A stretch of DNA of 64,000 nt from Adineta vaga (lineage: Eukaryota > Animalia > Rotifera): assembly GCA_021613535.1 (NCBI GenBank), contig CP075495.1, positions 9,114,001-9,178,000 of the forward strand, in the 5' to 3' direction. The notes under the pieces are model-generated. The model was given only the letters and a program-made list of their open reading frames with translations, made no database searches and was not told where the DNA came from. Shown one piece after another: positions 43,101 to 57,427 of this stretch (its first letter is position 1; each line of letters begins with the position of its first letter). The translations under genes and the position numbers were made by a program.

Positions 43101-46100
43101 CATTAAGAAAAGAAGAAAAGGAAGTTGTTTTTTGGACCAAATCATTTTGTAATCAACTTACAGCGGCTTGTCGTGTTAATTCTGATGTTGATTCAGTTAG
43201 AACACTCATAGTTGATGCTTGAAGTTTAATACTATCAACATTAGTGATTGATAAATTACCGATGAATTGAATGGCATAATCTCGAACAACTGATTGAGTA
43301 TTGACTGCTGCTGTATATGTTGCTAAAGCTTCTGTACTATTAACAGATGAATTTGTTGTGCTCTAAAAGATTTTTTTTTTAAATTTATTTCTTCAGTATC
43401 GCTTTGTTCAAAAACAAAAACTAACCGCTGTTGAAGTTGTCGTTGTCGAAGACAATCCAGATGCTTTAAGAGTTGATGCAGTTAAACTTCCTAGATTGAG
43501 AAAAGTAAATTATATATCAAAATATGTTTTTTGTATTAAAAGATTTGTCTTCTAACCAGATGTTGCACTTTGCTGTAACGTTGAACTTTGTGTATTTAAT
43601 GTTTGCGATAAAGATTGAACCAATTGACTTGCTGTATTCTGATCACCAGCATAGAGAACTTGTTGAATTGCATCATTTGAGCCACCTTGTGTTGAAGATT
43701 GTTGAGATAATACTATGAAACTGTTTAATGCTGATTGATCAGGCATAACCTAGTACGATAATGTTTCGTGAGGAAAAAAAATTGAAATAGGATAGAAAAG
43801 ATCTTACAGTAATAGTTGAAAGATTATATGAAGCAATAGCTCCATAAATATCGCGAACTTCAGCCACTATTTGAACTACATAACTTGCATTTTGATTGCC
43901 AGCTGATAGATAAACATCCATTGTATTTAATGTTGTAAAACCAATAGAAGTTCGAGTAGCATTTGTCGATGAATAGGCTGAAATCAAAAGAATTCTTATT
44001 CATTCATATCAGTAAAGAAAAACATCTTCAAAAGATATTCGCACTAGAATTAGACAGATATTTAAAACTAAAAAAGAAGTATACATACTATAAAATGTAT
44101 AATCTTTGATACCATCTGCATCTACCCAATTTGAACATGTAATTCGAAACGTTGTCATTGTTGTACCATTTGTTCGATCCGTTGAACATGAACCATTTTG
44201 TGGCGGTGTATTGATTACAAAACGAACAGCACCTGTACCACTTGCAATACCATTATTTTTGGTGACAGTATAGATTGATTCAAATTTCCAATATGTGACG
44301 TATGGATTATTTGTAAATAATGCACTTGTTACTGTTAGATTTTTTGTTGTTCGACCTTTGAGAATAAAGAGGAAAAAAATATAGATATTTTTTCGTCAAG
44401 TAAGACTGATTAAACTTTTACCGTAGAACAACGTATTATCATATAAACTCATATTTGGAAGACTAATCCATTTAATATCAGTATTTGGATAACTAGTTTG
44501 AAAACCAAGATAAACATTCCATTGAATAACAATGTCAGTGACATTTTCACATGTAACACATTGTACGTCATTAGAGCTTGTGTCGTTGGATTGATACGTT
44601 GATATTCCGCATTTGGTAAACACATTTTAATAACACATCTAAAGAAAAGATTTTCCCGAGTTCATTTTTTGCTTAAATCTCAAAAAAAGATCCCATTATG
44701 TAAATATTCTTACTCGGCAGATATCAAGATTGATTCAATTGTTTGAACTTTTACTACGGCATAGCCAGTATATTGAAGTGTTAGATCATAGATATTTGTT
44801 AGAACAGCTTTGAATTCATATGATTGAAGCGCTGCTAGAGCTCGTGGTTGAATATAGAGAGTCGATTGATTATTATTAGGTCCATATTTAAATAGACTTG
44901 TGTTACCTAATTTTAAAAACAATCATGTAATCAATTCGTTATTTTTGGATACTCTTTTTTACTATGCAATAAATAACTTAAGGTATTATTTCTCCTATGA
45001 TAGATTTTTCAGTATGAAAGAGATCATTTCTATAAGATAATATCGTTTCATTCCGAATCGAACATACCAGGTGTGTCAAAGCATGATGGATTAACTAAAT
45101 CAACAGTAGTAGATTCAATTGTTAATTGTATTCCATTCATAGCTGGATATGAACCAACTCCATATACTCGACAATAATAATTAAACGTCCAGTTCTGAAG
45201 AAAAAAAATCTTATTCTTTGCAACCAAAATTCATATTAGAAAGTTACTCGAGGATCAAAATAATACGAATCCGGATCAAGAGAAAAAGCACCGGGTTGAA
45301 ATAAAATACTTTGTGTTACACCAGTAGTTATCATTGATGTACCATTTGCCAGTAGATTTACTCGAATATCCGATCGAACAATGGAAACATATGTATAACT
45401 TGATGATTGAAAATCGGGTACACTACTCATCGCAACAGTATGATTAAATAAATATATTCCAACAGGTAATGTTTGTGCTTTGATATAGATTTCGGATGTT
45501 TTTGATGAAGTTAACTGTGAAAGAATTTGAGTTAATACTGATGTTTGAGTACATTTTTCTGTTGCTGTATCACATAAATAAATACCCCATTGTTTTGTAT
45601 TATTTAATGATTTGGAACAATTCAGAGTTGTTTTTGTTGAAACAGAAAATGCTTCACTACGTTGAATACGACGTGGCCAACGTATAGTTGGATTATATAC
45701 GTCAAATTGAATTTGTGGTAAACTACATCCATCAGCTGTTGTTATAGGAAATGCTAAATATGCTCGAGCACTTGCTGCTGTCATTCGATTCCATGCATAA
45801 GCATATAACCAAGCACTTGTTCGATTAAATGTATGTGTAAATGAAACTGATGTATTATCAAAAGTAAATGGTAGAACAGAAGATGGACATGATTGTAAGA
45901 CTTGTGATAAATCTGTTGGTAATGCTGAACATGTTGATGTATCACCATAACAATCGATAGCACTATCCGAATATTTAACATATAAACATGATACAGATGA
46001 AAAATTTTGATAGACAGCAACAAATGGTTTTGGAACATTTTGACCGATCAAAATACCTTTATCACTAATCACTAAACCAGCAACTGCAGAAAGAATATAA

Positions 46101-49100
46101 ACATTCATTGAAGCCGATTGTACATATGATGGATTACGAGTTCGTACTTCGACAGTATAGAGACCATCCTAGGAAAACAAAATGAATATGAATGAACGAT
46201 AATTAGAATAGTTATCTGATATACTCGTAAAAGACTGTTTGATTCTAAATCAATGACTATACGGAATAGTGGTGTACCACTTGCGACACCCACAATATCT
46301 GATACATTTGTTGCTTGATAAATTCCTATTGTTTGACTGAAAATAGTAACTGAAGAACTGCTGAATATAACATCAAATGCTTCTGGAATACCACCTAGAG
46401 AAATAAAGAATAAATTGATTCGTACGACTTAACATTTGGAAAAAGAAGTTTGTTTTTTACTTGGATTACTCCATTTTACATAGACAACTAATTGACTTTG
46501 TTTAGGAACGAAATAACGTCCACTAGTCAACGTTAAATTGCATGTATCACTCAATGCACTAGTTAAAGTTGGTAACAGATAACAAGGAGAAATTTCATAA
46601 TTATTAAACGGTGCATTGATACCAATTTTAATAATTTGAGTTTTGAATGAAGCTTGATTATACACAGTGAAATTTACGAAAAATATACCGGGTGTCGTAA
46701 ATTTATAAGAATTAACATATGGGAGAGTAACATTTCGAACAGGTTGTGATGCTGCTGGACTTGAATCATTGAAATCAATAAAAAGCATTGAATTGGATGC
46801 CAATGGTGCACTTGTATCTTGCACATTTATTGGAAGTATAATGTCAGCTGGAAAAGAAGAATACTTGTTCTTTTTATGATATATATTTCAACTAGAAAAA
46901 ATGTTACCTCCACTATAAATCATTTGACTTAATATTCCAGTTACATTTGGAAACGTGACAGAGAATGATGAAACAGGATATTGAACAGTAATAGTGAAAT
47001 TTTTTACAACAGTATTGATTGGTCCATATGATGTAATCGTTAATAAATAAGTGCCAACTGCTGCATATCGATGTGTTCTTGTATCTGGTAGAGTAGGCAT
47101 CGAAGCTAGAAAGTTTGAATGTAATTTATAGTATACAAGAACGAAAATGAAATCCGATTAGACCCAATACCTGTTCGTGCGCCGGATAAAATCGTTCCAT
47201 CACCGAAATCCCATGTGAAATTAACTAGACCTGGATTTGTGTCAACAACGAAGACTGAAGCTTCGAATGGTGTAGTATTATTGTAAGCCCAATTTAAAGA
47301 GTTAATTGTATAGTAGACTTGTTGAAGAATTTGCGTAACGCGTACAACACAACTGATATTTATCGAATCGATACTATTGCTAACCTGTAGAATTGCTGTG
47401 TAGTTTCCTGAAACATAGAATATTAGAAATTGTTTTTTTTTTTTTCATCATACCTGCTGCACTATAAATAACATCAAGTCCGCTGGAACTTGTTGCTGGT
47501 GATGTAAAATAATTTAATGTTAATGAAAATGGTCCTCTAATATCTGATGGTTGATTAATTGCATCAGGTATAATCATAACTTGAGCATTTGAAGCCGGTT
47601 TAATTGATGTATTTGCTGCTTGAATAATAAATGAAGCAATACCACGAGTATCAGCAAAGCCAGCTGAACATTGAGTTGATGGTAATTGTAAAATAGTTGA
47701 TAATACAATAGATTTGACTGATGTCGATAAGATTACTGATATATATTTATAAACTGTACCGATAGCATTAGTGAATGCTGCTGTAATTGTTATTGTACCA
47801 GGAATTTCAAATGTATGATTTAATCCTGAACAACTACTCCAAACATTTACCGGATAATCACCTCCGTATTCACATACAACTGGATTATTTATAAGTGTAT
47901 CACCAAATGAGAATGTCACCATTATATTTGAACCTGATTCGACCGTATATTCAAATGCAATTGGACCTGGAAAGACTGTGCTGTTTTGTGATGCTCGTAT
48001 TTGTGCATTACCAATTGGTGAAACGACAGTGAATATATCCGTTAAGTTAACTGATGAAATGTAATTCCAGGCATAGATTTCAATAGTATAATTAGTTGAT
48101 TGTGTTTGACCACTAATCAAACTTGTTTGAACAAGATTGTATTGATCATCATAAGTATAATTGAGTTGTGTGCCATTGAAAAAAATTCGAAAGAATGGTC
48201 CTGTACCTTGAGCTATGGTGAAATTTAAACGAAAATTTGAGTTTTTAACAACACCACGTTGCTGTAGTTGAAGACCCATGATTGGATATTGAACATAATG
48301 TGTAAATGAATAAGTAACATTGCTCACAGTATTTTCACAACGAGCAAATATCTAAATAAGTCAATAGTTAATATAAAATTTATATCGGTAACCAAATCTG
48401 AATAATGTATATCATATATTTGCAAATAATCGTATTCTTTTAAGTTACTAATGGAATAGGCTTTTTATATCAGTAAACTAACATCATATCTCTTGATTAA
48501 CTCGATATCTATATATCATTCATAGTCGTAAAGATTTATTTCGATTACAATATTCATTCAATATGACTTACGGTATAAACTCCTGGATTAACATATTGAT
48601 GGCTAACATAACTTCCTGGTGTATAACCAGATGTATAAAAGTAAACATCTGTTGTTGATTGGTTTGTATCATAATTAATTCGACATGCATAATTACTACC
48701 TGTTAACATGTTTATCTTGAATCTTGCTACCTCTAATGGTTGTGATATTGAAACATTTGTAATATTAGCACCTTCTAATGTAAAATTTGTAATTGTATCT
48801 TGTACATTAATTGTTGTCGAATTTGATTTAAATGAAAGAAGATTTTGCGCTTGACACATTATGGTATATGTTCCAATTGTTGTAAATGACGTATTCATCA
48901 TATTTGTTGATGAATTAAAGGTGTTATTACCATTGATATACCATATAAAGAGCATTACAGTTGCATCTAGAATCATGCGATGATATGAAAATAAGTGTCA
49001 GAAGTATAATCAAACTTACTAGGTGGATAGACATTTGCAATGAATGATGTCATTACATTTACACTTGATGTTGATGGTCCAACAATTTCAACCCATTCAA

Positions 49101-51171
49101 TGCCATAGACAACCGGAAGAATAGTTGATGACGAAAATGATGTTACATTATTTTGTGTTACAGTACCTTGAACACTATAAGATCCTGGAGTGTAATATAA
49201 CATTGTAGGTGCAATTTGTACTGCTTGAATAATTGTTGCTTGAAGTAAATATCGATATGGAGTATTATTTGATGATAAACTACCAACATTACATGTTAAT
49301 GAAGTTGTAATTGATGGAGTAATACATCGATAATCTTGTGTTGAATCACTTGAAATTTCTTTTGCAATATATAGACCGTTAAATGCGAGGATATCTCCAA
49401 CCATTGCTGTTTGATTGCTCGTTAATGATGAATTGGCAATAATTTGTTGATAACCACTGCCTGACGTTGTTGTTGAAAAAGTAGCAATGATTTGAAATGG
49501 TGCACTAGAGTACAATGATTGTTGAAAACGTTGACTTACTGTTGCATTAACACATGTACGAGTTATTGTTGAATAAACACTGGTCGTACATTGTAAATTA
49601 TACGGACTAGCGCAATTACCACATGTATTTGTGTCATAACAATAGATCATTGGTGGTGTACATATACGACGTAGTAGCTAGAAATATATACAGAGATCAT
49701 AAGTATTTCTTTTTGAAAGAAAGTACTATTTTGATTACTAACATAGATATTGACAGTACCAGCTGCAGAACTATAAAATTGAACTGATGCAATTCGACCA
49801 GCTACTGTAATTAAACTTTGAGGTAAAATAGCAACATCACTCGATCCAAGTAGATTTGCTGATGCATCTACTGTTGGCTGATGTGTTACTGATGATGAAC
49901 CAAATGTATTGTAACATGCATCTATACGAGACAAGATATCATATCATTGAAAATAAGCTTTTCTTCTATCGAATGAATTTTACCTGGCATACGAACGTTT
50001 GAATGAGATCCGCTTGTTGTATTGTAATCAAAACTACCGGTTAAACCAGTACCACGAGCAGTTGTAAATACACATGAGACAGTTTTTTGTGTTGCTGTTA
50101 CATTGGGACATGTTATTGATACATCAAGTGCTGAAATTTGATCGGATACTTTGACAACCATGGCGGACATTTTTGGCTTCAAAATAAAAATATATAATAT
50201 ATAGATTAGTGAATATTGTTACTAGAAACAAAAGATTTTGTCAATTTGTGTGACATATTAGTTAATGACACTATGTTGAAACAAACTTAGTATTTCTTTC
50301 CAAACTTTAGAAAATTTTGAATAACGGAAAACATTTTGAGAAACAAATTAATGTAAGTTTTCTCTTACGCTCATTCCAGCTACTGATCGAGCAGCAACCG
50401 ATACTGAAAATTGTCCCGTTTTTGGAAAAACATGTGAAACAGTTGTTAGTGTATTGATTGTTCCAGCGAACCATCCCGTTTTTGTTCCATCACCAAAATC
50501 AACTTGATAATTAATGAAACTAACTGCACCTGCATAACCAAGATCAAATTGATAATTTTGATATACCATTAAACTCATTGCAGGTCCTCCACTAGTCAAA
50601 GCAATACTTGCTGACTAAGAATTCATAAAGAATCAAAGAAAATTCTTAGAAAAACAACATCTAAATATAAAACTTACATCAATAACTCCAATTGAAGCAT
50701 AGACTAGTTCATGATCAATATCACCACAATAAAGAGTGCTATCACCTGTACAGCTATCGACTTGACATGATGTTGTTGTAATATTCAATGATGCTATACT
50801 AGTTGATGATATACCACAAAAACATAACCGACCAGCAGATACACTGGCATAGTCATAGCCAGCTGATGAACATGCTTGCATACATGTTCCAGGTGTATTC
50901 GTATTGAAATCATAATTAGCTGGACTATATGGAAAGATGCGCGTTGGACGAGTAATCACTCCACAGCCCACCAGACCTAAAAACATCAAAGAATTAGTTT
51001 TCTTTCTTTTTTTCTTTTGTCTAACAACATTACTTTGTGATGCAACTGAAACTGCAGTTGTTTGTTGAATAACAGCAAACTAGAAATCAAAATGATACTT
51101 TCTTCGTCTTAACTCTACTCATAAACTATGCATACCGAGATCAGAACATGGATGAACCAAGTTCGATCCAT
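37194..51171 (-). CDS. polycystin-1-like receptor/channel (signal peptide-WSC-PKD repeats-REJ-GAIN/GPS-TM1-PLAT-10 further TMs incl. polycystin channel domain), roughly 3,500 aa, ~40 exons
   Basis: WSC: CMQACSSAGYDYASVSAGRLCFCG. PKD: VDFGDG/WDFGDG/FSFGD. REJ: SLDPD, INTPPQNGSC. GPS: CYYLD..W..TQCFTNHLTTFAGGW. PLAT: YQIIVFTGLRKDSGTSSKV, RVWHDNSG..ASWFLK. Also TRTQRCTCC and the channel region (LKQLSWIDMQTRG, YFRDFWSYIE). One frame break near 44565. Confidence 0.93.
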
Positions 51172-51652
51172 AATTTTCTTTTTACACTTCGCACGTATAT
51201 CTTCCAACGAGAAAACAACCTATATCGAGTTGTTTCAAAAGTAAAATGCTCAATTCAAAATCTATTTCTCTCTACGTTTTTCTCTAATATTTTTTTTCAA
51301 GAAAAAAAATAGTGAGAAAAGCAATTAACTAAATATATTTTTCTCTTTTTTTTTTTGTTTTTTAAATATTCATTCTTTTAAGTAATTACAGTTGAAGAAA
51401 AAACGTTTATAAGTTTGAAAAAGTTTTCCAGAAAAAATATCGAGAATATTCTTCGAAAATAAGAAAAGAAATGCATTTGAAGGTGACAATTACGTTTAAA
51501 CAATAGACACTTTTTTTCTGAAGACCTAATGGCGTTCATCATTATTTTGTTTGAATTTCATACTTTAGAAGTGGAAGAAAGTAATTAATGATAATGTTCA
51601 ATAGTTTAAAAGCATTATATCTCCTTTTTGTAAGTGAAAAAAGAAAACTCGA

Positions 51653-52030
51653 TGACGTCAATCAATGTTGGAGACTATTTAAATTTCAGAAGAATACAAG
51701 AGAAGTTTTTTAAACAATTTTAGAAGAGAAAACAAAACATAACTGTCTTAAAAATAATAAAACTAGACAAATGTCTGGAATAACATGAACTTAGATCTTT
51801 TTCAATCGATAGAAATTCGTCAGTTGACATTGAATAGGATCATTTTATTTAATTTTCTAATAGTTGGACTATTTATTTGTTTCTCTCAAATCGATTATTA
51901 TAATAATAAGAAACCTATTTGTATCGTAACTAGTTCTTGCTCTAATAAAGAAATATGAATTGTTATTTTTTTCATTTTGATGATTAGAACAAAAGAAAAA
52001 TCTATTTTGCGTTGGTGACGTCAATCAATG
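51653..52030. promoter_or_regulatory. two identical 15-mers TGACGTCAATCAATG containing perfect CRE palindromes, upstream of the polycystin gene
   Basis: TGACGTCA at 51653-51660 and 52016-52023, each followed by ATCAATG. Confidence 0.4.
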
Positions 52031-52498
52031 CTTCATGAAATTAGTTGTCAGAAATGATTTTGAAAAATGTAACATGTTTTATTGCTTTTGTTCTATGGGT
52101 GAAAAAATATCAGCAAATGCACTAACTACTTTTGATAATATTTTGAAAAAATCTTCTTTTATTGTATTGAATGATCATTATACATCATAATGAACCGAAG
52201 TAAAAGCTTTCATCATTCTACTAAAAGTATCAGATAATTAACTAAGAGCATTACACTTCTTTGGTTTTTGAAAAGCAAATAGAAATAATGGATGTATATC
52301 AGGCACGGGAAATAGAAGAAAAGAATATTTCAACAATCAAATTGAGTGTTGTTAAAAATATAAAATGAATAAACTCCATACATGTGATTATTAAACATTC
52401 ATCGATATAATTTGCAAAATTTCTTGATTTTTTTTTATTGTTCAAATACAAAAATCACACATAGACATTTGAAGAGGATTATTCTGTGTTTATTTTTT

Positions 52499-53458
52499 TT
52501 AATTTTGTTTTTTAAAAAACTTTTGAATTTTATCTTTAAAATAGATTGGAAGAAGTGATAGAATTGCACAAAAAGCGAGAATTAATATTGAACGCCATGA
52601 AAACACATCGGATGCTGATGACAACTGATGTAAAGTCTTTCCTGCTTGAATAAATAAGATCGATGGTAATGCAACACCCGCAAATGTACCGAGAAAAAAC
52701 GGTTTTAATGGTACATCAAGTATAGGTGAACATAGATTAATAAACCAATTTGGTAATATTGGTGTGATACGAAGAAAAATTATAAACCATAAAAGACTAT
52801 CTGCACGTGCTTGAACCTAGAAGAAAGAAAAAAACAGAATTATAGTTTTGATTGTCTTTATTTTGATTAATAAATCAAAAAAACCTTGCGTTGCCATTCG
52901 ATGATTCTTGTTCGAAAATATTTTAAAAGGATATGTCGACCAAATAATTTCGATAATAAATAACAGAAACTAGCACCTAATGATGAGCATAGACAGACAA
53001 GAAATAATGCCAATGGAAATGGATATAGAAATCCAGCGAGAATACTTAAAAATATCGAACCAGGTATCGCAAATGTTTGTAAACTAATTTGAAAATAAAG
53101 AACAAAGAATAGTTAGTCTTGAAATTATTATTTCTTTATATGAAAACTTACAAAATGTATGTTAGGAAGAAAGCGAGCATGATTATATATCGATGATGTT
53201 TACTATATTTATAAAGAAGATTTCCAAGAAGTTTTGCATCATCAATTGTTTTAGGAATTTTAAGTGCATCTTTCTCCGATCTAAATTGAAATTTTAGATT
53301 TGATTTGATAAGAAATTCTATACATACGGATCAATTTCAGGAAATAGAATGTAGATGAGTAATAAACTTAAAATCGATATAAGGAAGATTAAGCCAAGAA
53401 TGAGAAAATGACGACGTTGTACACGTTCGTTCTGTACAGGTATTGGAATATTAATCAT
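52499..53458 (-). CDS. TMEM41B: TMEM41B/stasimon (DedA/VTT-domain ER scramblase), 4 exons
   Basis: LQTFAIPGSIFLSILAGFLYPFPLALFLVCLCSSLGASFCYLLS and FIIFLRITPILPNWFINLCSPILDVPLKPFFLGTFAGVA. Not in the ORF track; reconstructed by hand. Confidence 0.93.
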
Positions 53459-53869
53459 CGGTATTCAATTAATAATCTAATTAACAGAGAATACTTTGTT
53501 ATTTTATTTTTATAAAATTCGAATACAAGTCAAATAATAAAAATCTTTCTTATTGTTACTTGAGAGGATGTCTTCCGATTCATGACACACTAATAATGTA
53601 TTGCGTGAGGACAAAGTGCTTGCAGAGAGAACAAATGGAAAAGATTTTCTTTAAATAAATCTCAGAATGACACGATGTGAAAATAAAGGATAATGTTAGT
53701 TAATCTAAGACTTACTTTAACTATTTTGACAAGAGATAAAGATAATTGAAGTATCTGAAAGAAAAAATGATTTTCATTTACTTAAAATAAGACTTTCCTT
53801 CTTTCTATTTATTCTAGACAAAATTGTACACAGAAAAAAATAAAATCATTGTTTTCTTCGGAAATGTGT

Positions 53870-56800
53870 TCAAAGTAATTCACATGCTCTGCTATGTGAT
53901 TGTCGTTGCACAGATTTCATTGGTTCTCGTGGATCACTACCATTTTCTTTGGATTTTATTGATTGATCATGACTCAATTTGATTTTTGATAATAAATTGT
54001 GTTGAGATTGTAATGTAAGATTATCATCATCGTTTGCTTCTGGTAATTCGATTGATTTCGATATATTAGCAGGTAATGATCGATTAAAACCATTTTCTTT
54101 CGGTCCAGCCGGTACATGATTTGGTATTTCAGTAGGTTTGGTAGTTACAGTTTGTTTTACTCCAGCAGCTTCAGCTTCATGTCGGCTGATTTCTTGAAGA
54201 ATAGTATGAAATGATCGAGATTGAATGTTACCCGAACGGTCTTTTTTATATAAAACAAAATAGGTTGTCATTGGCATAGTACCATTCAATGTTAAATTTG
54301 GACATTCTTGAGTTTCGTATATTTTTGGATCAAGTAATCGATGTGTTGCATCTGTTATATGAATTTGTAATGTCTAAAATACAAAAGTTCATGTTAACCG
54401 AAAAATCCTATCGAAAGTATTTAACAGTTACTTTTACGACTCAAAACGATCTCACTGAGTTATTCTTCTCTGATTCATTCTTACTACGAATTACAAATAA
54501 ATATCTGACAGTTATTCGATAAAATTTCTAACTTTTTTTATGCTAAATTTTTGTCCCTTCACTGCATTTTTCTCTTTGAGTATGTATCTTTATATACTTG
54601 TCTATTATTTCTACATCATACATACTTTACTAGTTTGTTCCATTTTATTAGCAGTTGTTACTGTATCACCAAAAAGACAATAACGTGGCATTTTGATTCC
54701 AGCAATTCCAGCAACAACTGGACCACTATGACAACCTAATCAAATGATATTTTGTTCATTTTCTGTGCATTCAAGTAATCAATGAAATTAACATACCGAT
54801 ACGAATTTTAAGTTTTTCATTATTTGTTGGATTTGTCACAGTAATTATAGAATCCAACATGTCAAATGCCATGTCAATAATTTCAGCCGCATGATTACGA
54901 GCACCTAAAGAAAAGTAAGATAAAATTCAATTTCTAGAAAAATGAAAGTAAACTCTAACTTACGTTCTGGTAAACCACTTACTAACATGTAAGCATCACC
55001 AATAGTTTCGACTTTATAACAGTTATGAGTTTCCAGACATTTATCAAATTTAGTATACATTTCATTAAGAATAGAAACAACTTCCATTGGTGTAAGTGAT
55101 GCACATATGGATGTAAAACCAACAACATCACTGAACAATATTGTACAACTTTCAAATGTCTAAAATAAATTGTGTGACAAATAAGTAACTAATAAACAAC
55201 AAAATGTTAAAAAAGCAAATGTTCGATTGGCTAATCTATATGCACTATTCAATAGCATCCTATAGATACCGCTTGTATGTGTTATCATTCTTCTATTTTA
55301 ACAGGAATAGTTAAAAACAATGATATAGAGTAGTTTTAATTGATTTTCTTGAGAAAAATAGTTTTCTTACTTCACAAAGATTAACTGCCTTTTCTCCGCT
55401 TCGTAATCGATCAGCAATTTTCTTTGGTATCATTTGATATAGAAGTACATCAGTTTTTTTCATTTCGGTATCCAATTTTTTCATACTTTCTTCTAATGCT
55501 TTACTCTTTTGTCGTTCCTAAATGAAATTAAATCAAAGATTATTTCAAATACAAACGATCTTTTCTTGAATTACTTGATCAAGTGCTAGATTTAGTTCTG
55601 CACTTTGTTGTGTACCTGCTAAAACTAAATCTCGACTTGAATCATGCATGGAAAGATCATTAATGAATAAACCGGTATTGAACATAACATCGAGATTTTC
55701 CAAACTAAAAGAAATCGAATCATGCAATTAACTTGTCAAGATCTATTTCAATTGAATTACACAGGTGTAGCTAAATAGATAATAGCTTTCCATTCGTATA
55801 CATATAACATCTGACCTCGAAGACGTAAATATTCTTCTTGAACTTCTTGTTGTGGTGGTACGGTTAAAAGCATATCTGAAAATTCAAAAATAGATCGATA
55901 TGAAACGGAAAAAAAGAACAGAATTTGGTTTTTCTATTGATACCAGTATAACTATGATCACCAGTGCCATTTATTGTTATTTCATTTTCACCTGATGATT
56001 TACGTAATGGTTCAATTGTTGAAAATTCAAAAACATTATTTGAATGTAATACAATTTGAGACCAATTTAAAGTAATAATCGGTCTGAAAATACAATTTTC
56101 ATAGTTTAGAGAATAATATATCTACAAATTCTTTATTGTTAATTTACCGGACAAGATTGAATATATCTCGAAGTAATTCTCCAACAATATTTGGAAATAA
56201 TTGTGTCAATGAATCTCCTGCTGAAATAATCTCTAATGATTCTGATATAACCATATGAAATGGAAATAATTCGAAGAAAATATGACAATCAATATTTAAA
56301 TCAAGTTCATTTGAATCTTTCTCCGGTACGCTCTGTTTGATAAAAGCAGTATTTTCAAATTTAAGTTCAAATATTACATGTGTCACATCAAGCTCTTCAT
56401 GTTCACTAACAACTGCAATTTGAACATCAGTATTATAAAAACGACGACCAACCTTAAATCAAAAGAAAGTTCGTTTTAAAACAAAAATCGATACAAAATT
56501 TCGTTAAATCTATCTGGTGTACATATGTATGAATTTTTTCTCCCATGGCTTATTTAAGAACTCTACTGCATCGGAGTACTTCCTGACTTGCATGTAATAA
56601 TTATTCTTTTTTTCAAAAAAAAACCCCGGAAATACGAATGTTTAATTACTGTTACATAAATAGCAATTTTCATCTCATTAGATCAAAATCATACTTCAGT
56701 TATTTGACCGACAACATAATGAACAAAACCTCGTCGACGACTACGATAATGAAGTGTAAGACCAGTTGCAGTTTCCTTTTCAACATAAAATGATGGTGGA

Positions 56801-57427
56801 CGCATTCGTGGATAAGTATAACGCATATATTCATGTAAATTATCTAAACCATTTAAAAAATCTCGCATATTATGTCCACTATAAATAAATACAAAAATAA
56901 CCAATTCTATAGGAGAAAAAATACTGTAACTTACAGAATTTTTAAGACACGATCATAACCATAGTTTGATATATAAGAAACAAATTCAACGCCAAAAATA
57001 TCCATAATATCGCTAACTGATTCATCTAAATAAACAAAATATTAAACTCGATACAATCTTTTACCTAAAATAGTAAGCATGCGTCTTCTCTTGAAACTTA
57101 TTATTCAAATTAATTATCTTTGACCTTGAATTTCTGTCATAATTCAGATTATTATTAATCAACTCTCGCATCCCTGTCTATATTAATCTTTCCCTGCAGA
57201 CATAGTTTTAAAAATAAATCATATCCAGTCATCTTATTAATGAAATACGTACTTGTTATTTCACTTAATATTTTAGCAATTCGTACAAATAATGTTTCAC
57301 CATATTGTTGAAAAGCTGAAAATGTATTAACTTCTAAATGAAGTATTGTTTTAATTTCATCCCATGTTTCTTGTCCATATCTTGCTCGAATAATTTCAAT
57401 TGCAGATTGCAATAGAAGTCCGTACAT
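53870..57427 (-). CDS. atypical soluble guanylyl cyclase (Gyc88E/GCY-type: H-NOX, PAS/H-NOBA, coiled coil, cyclase, CaaX)
   Basis: [95 protein letters not shown]; C-terminal ACELL*. Confidence 0.95.
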
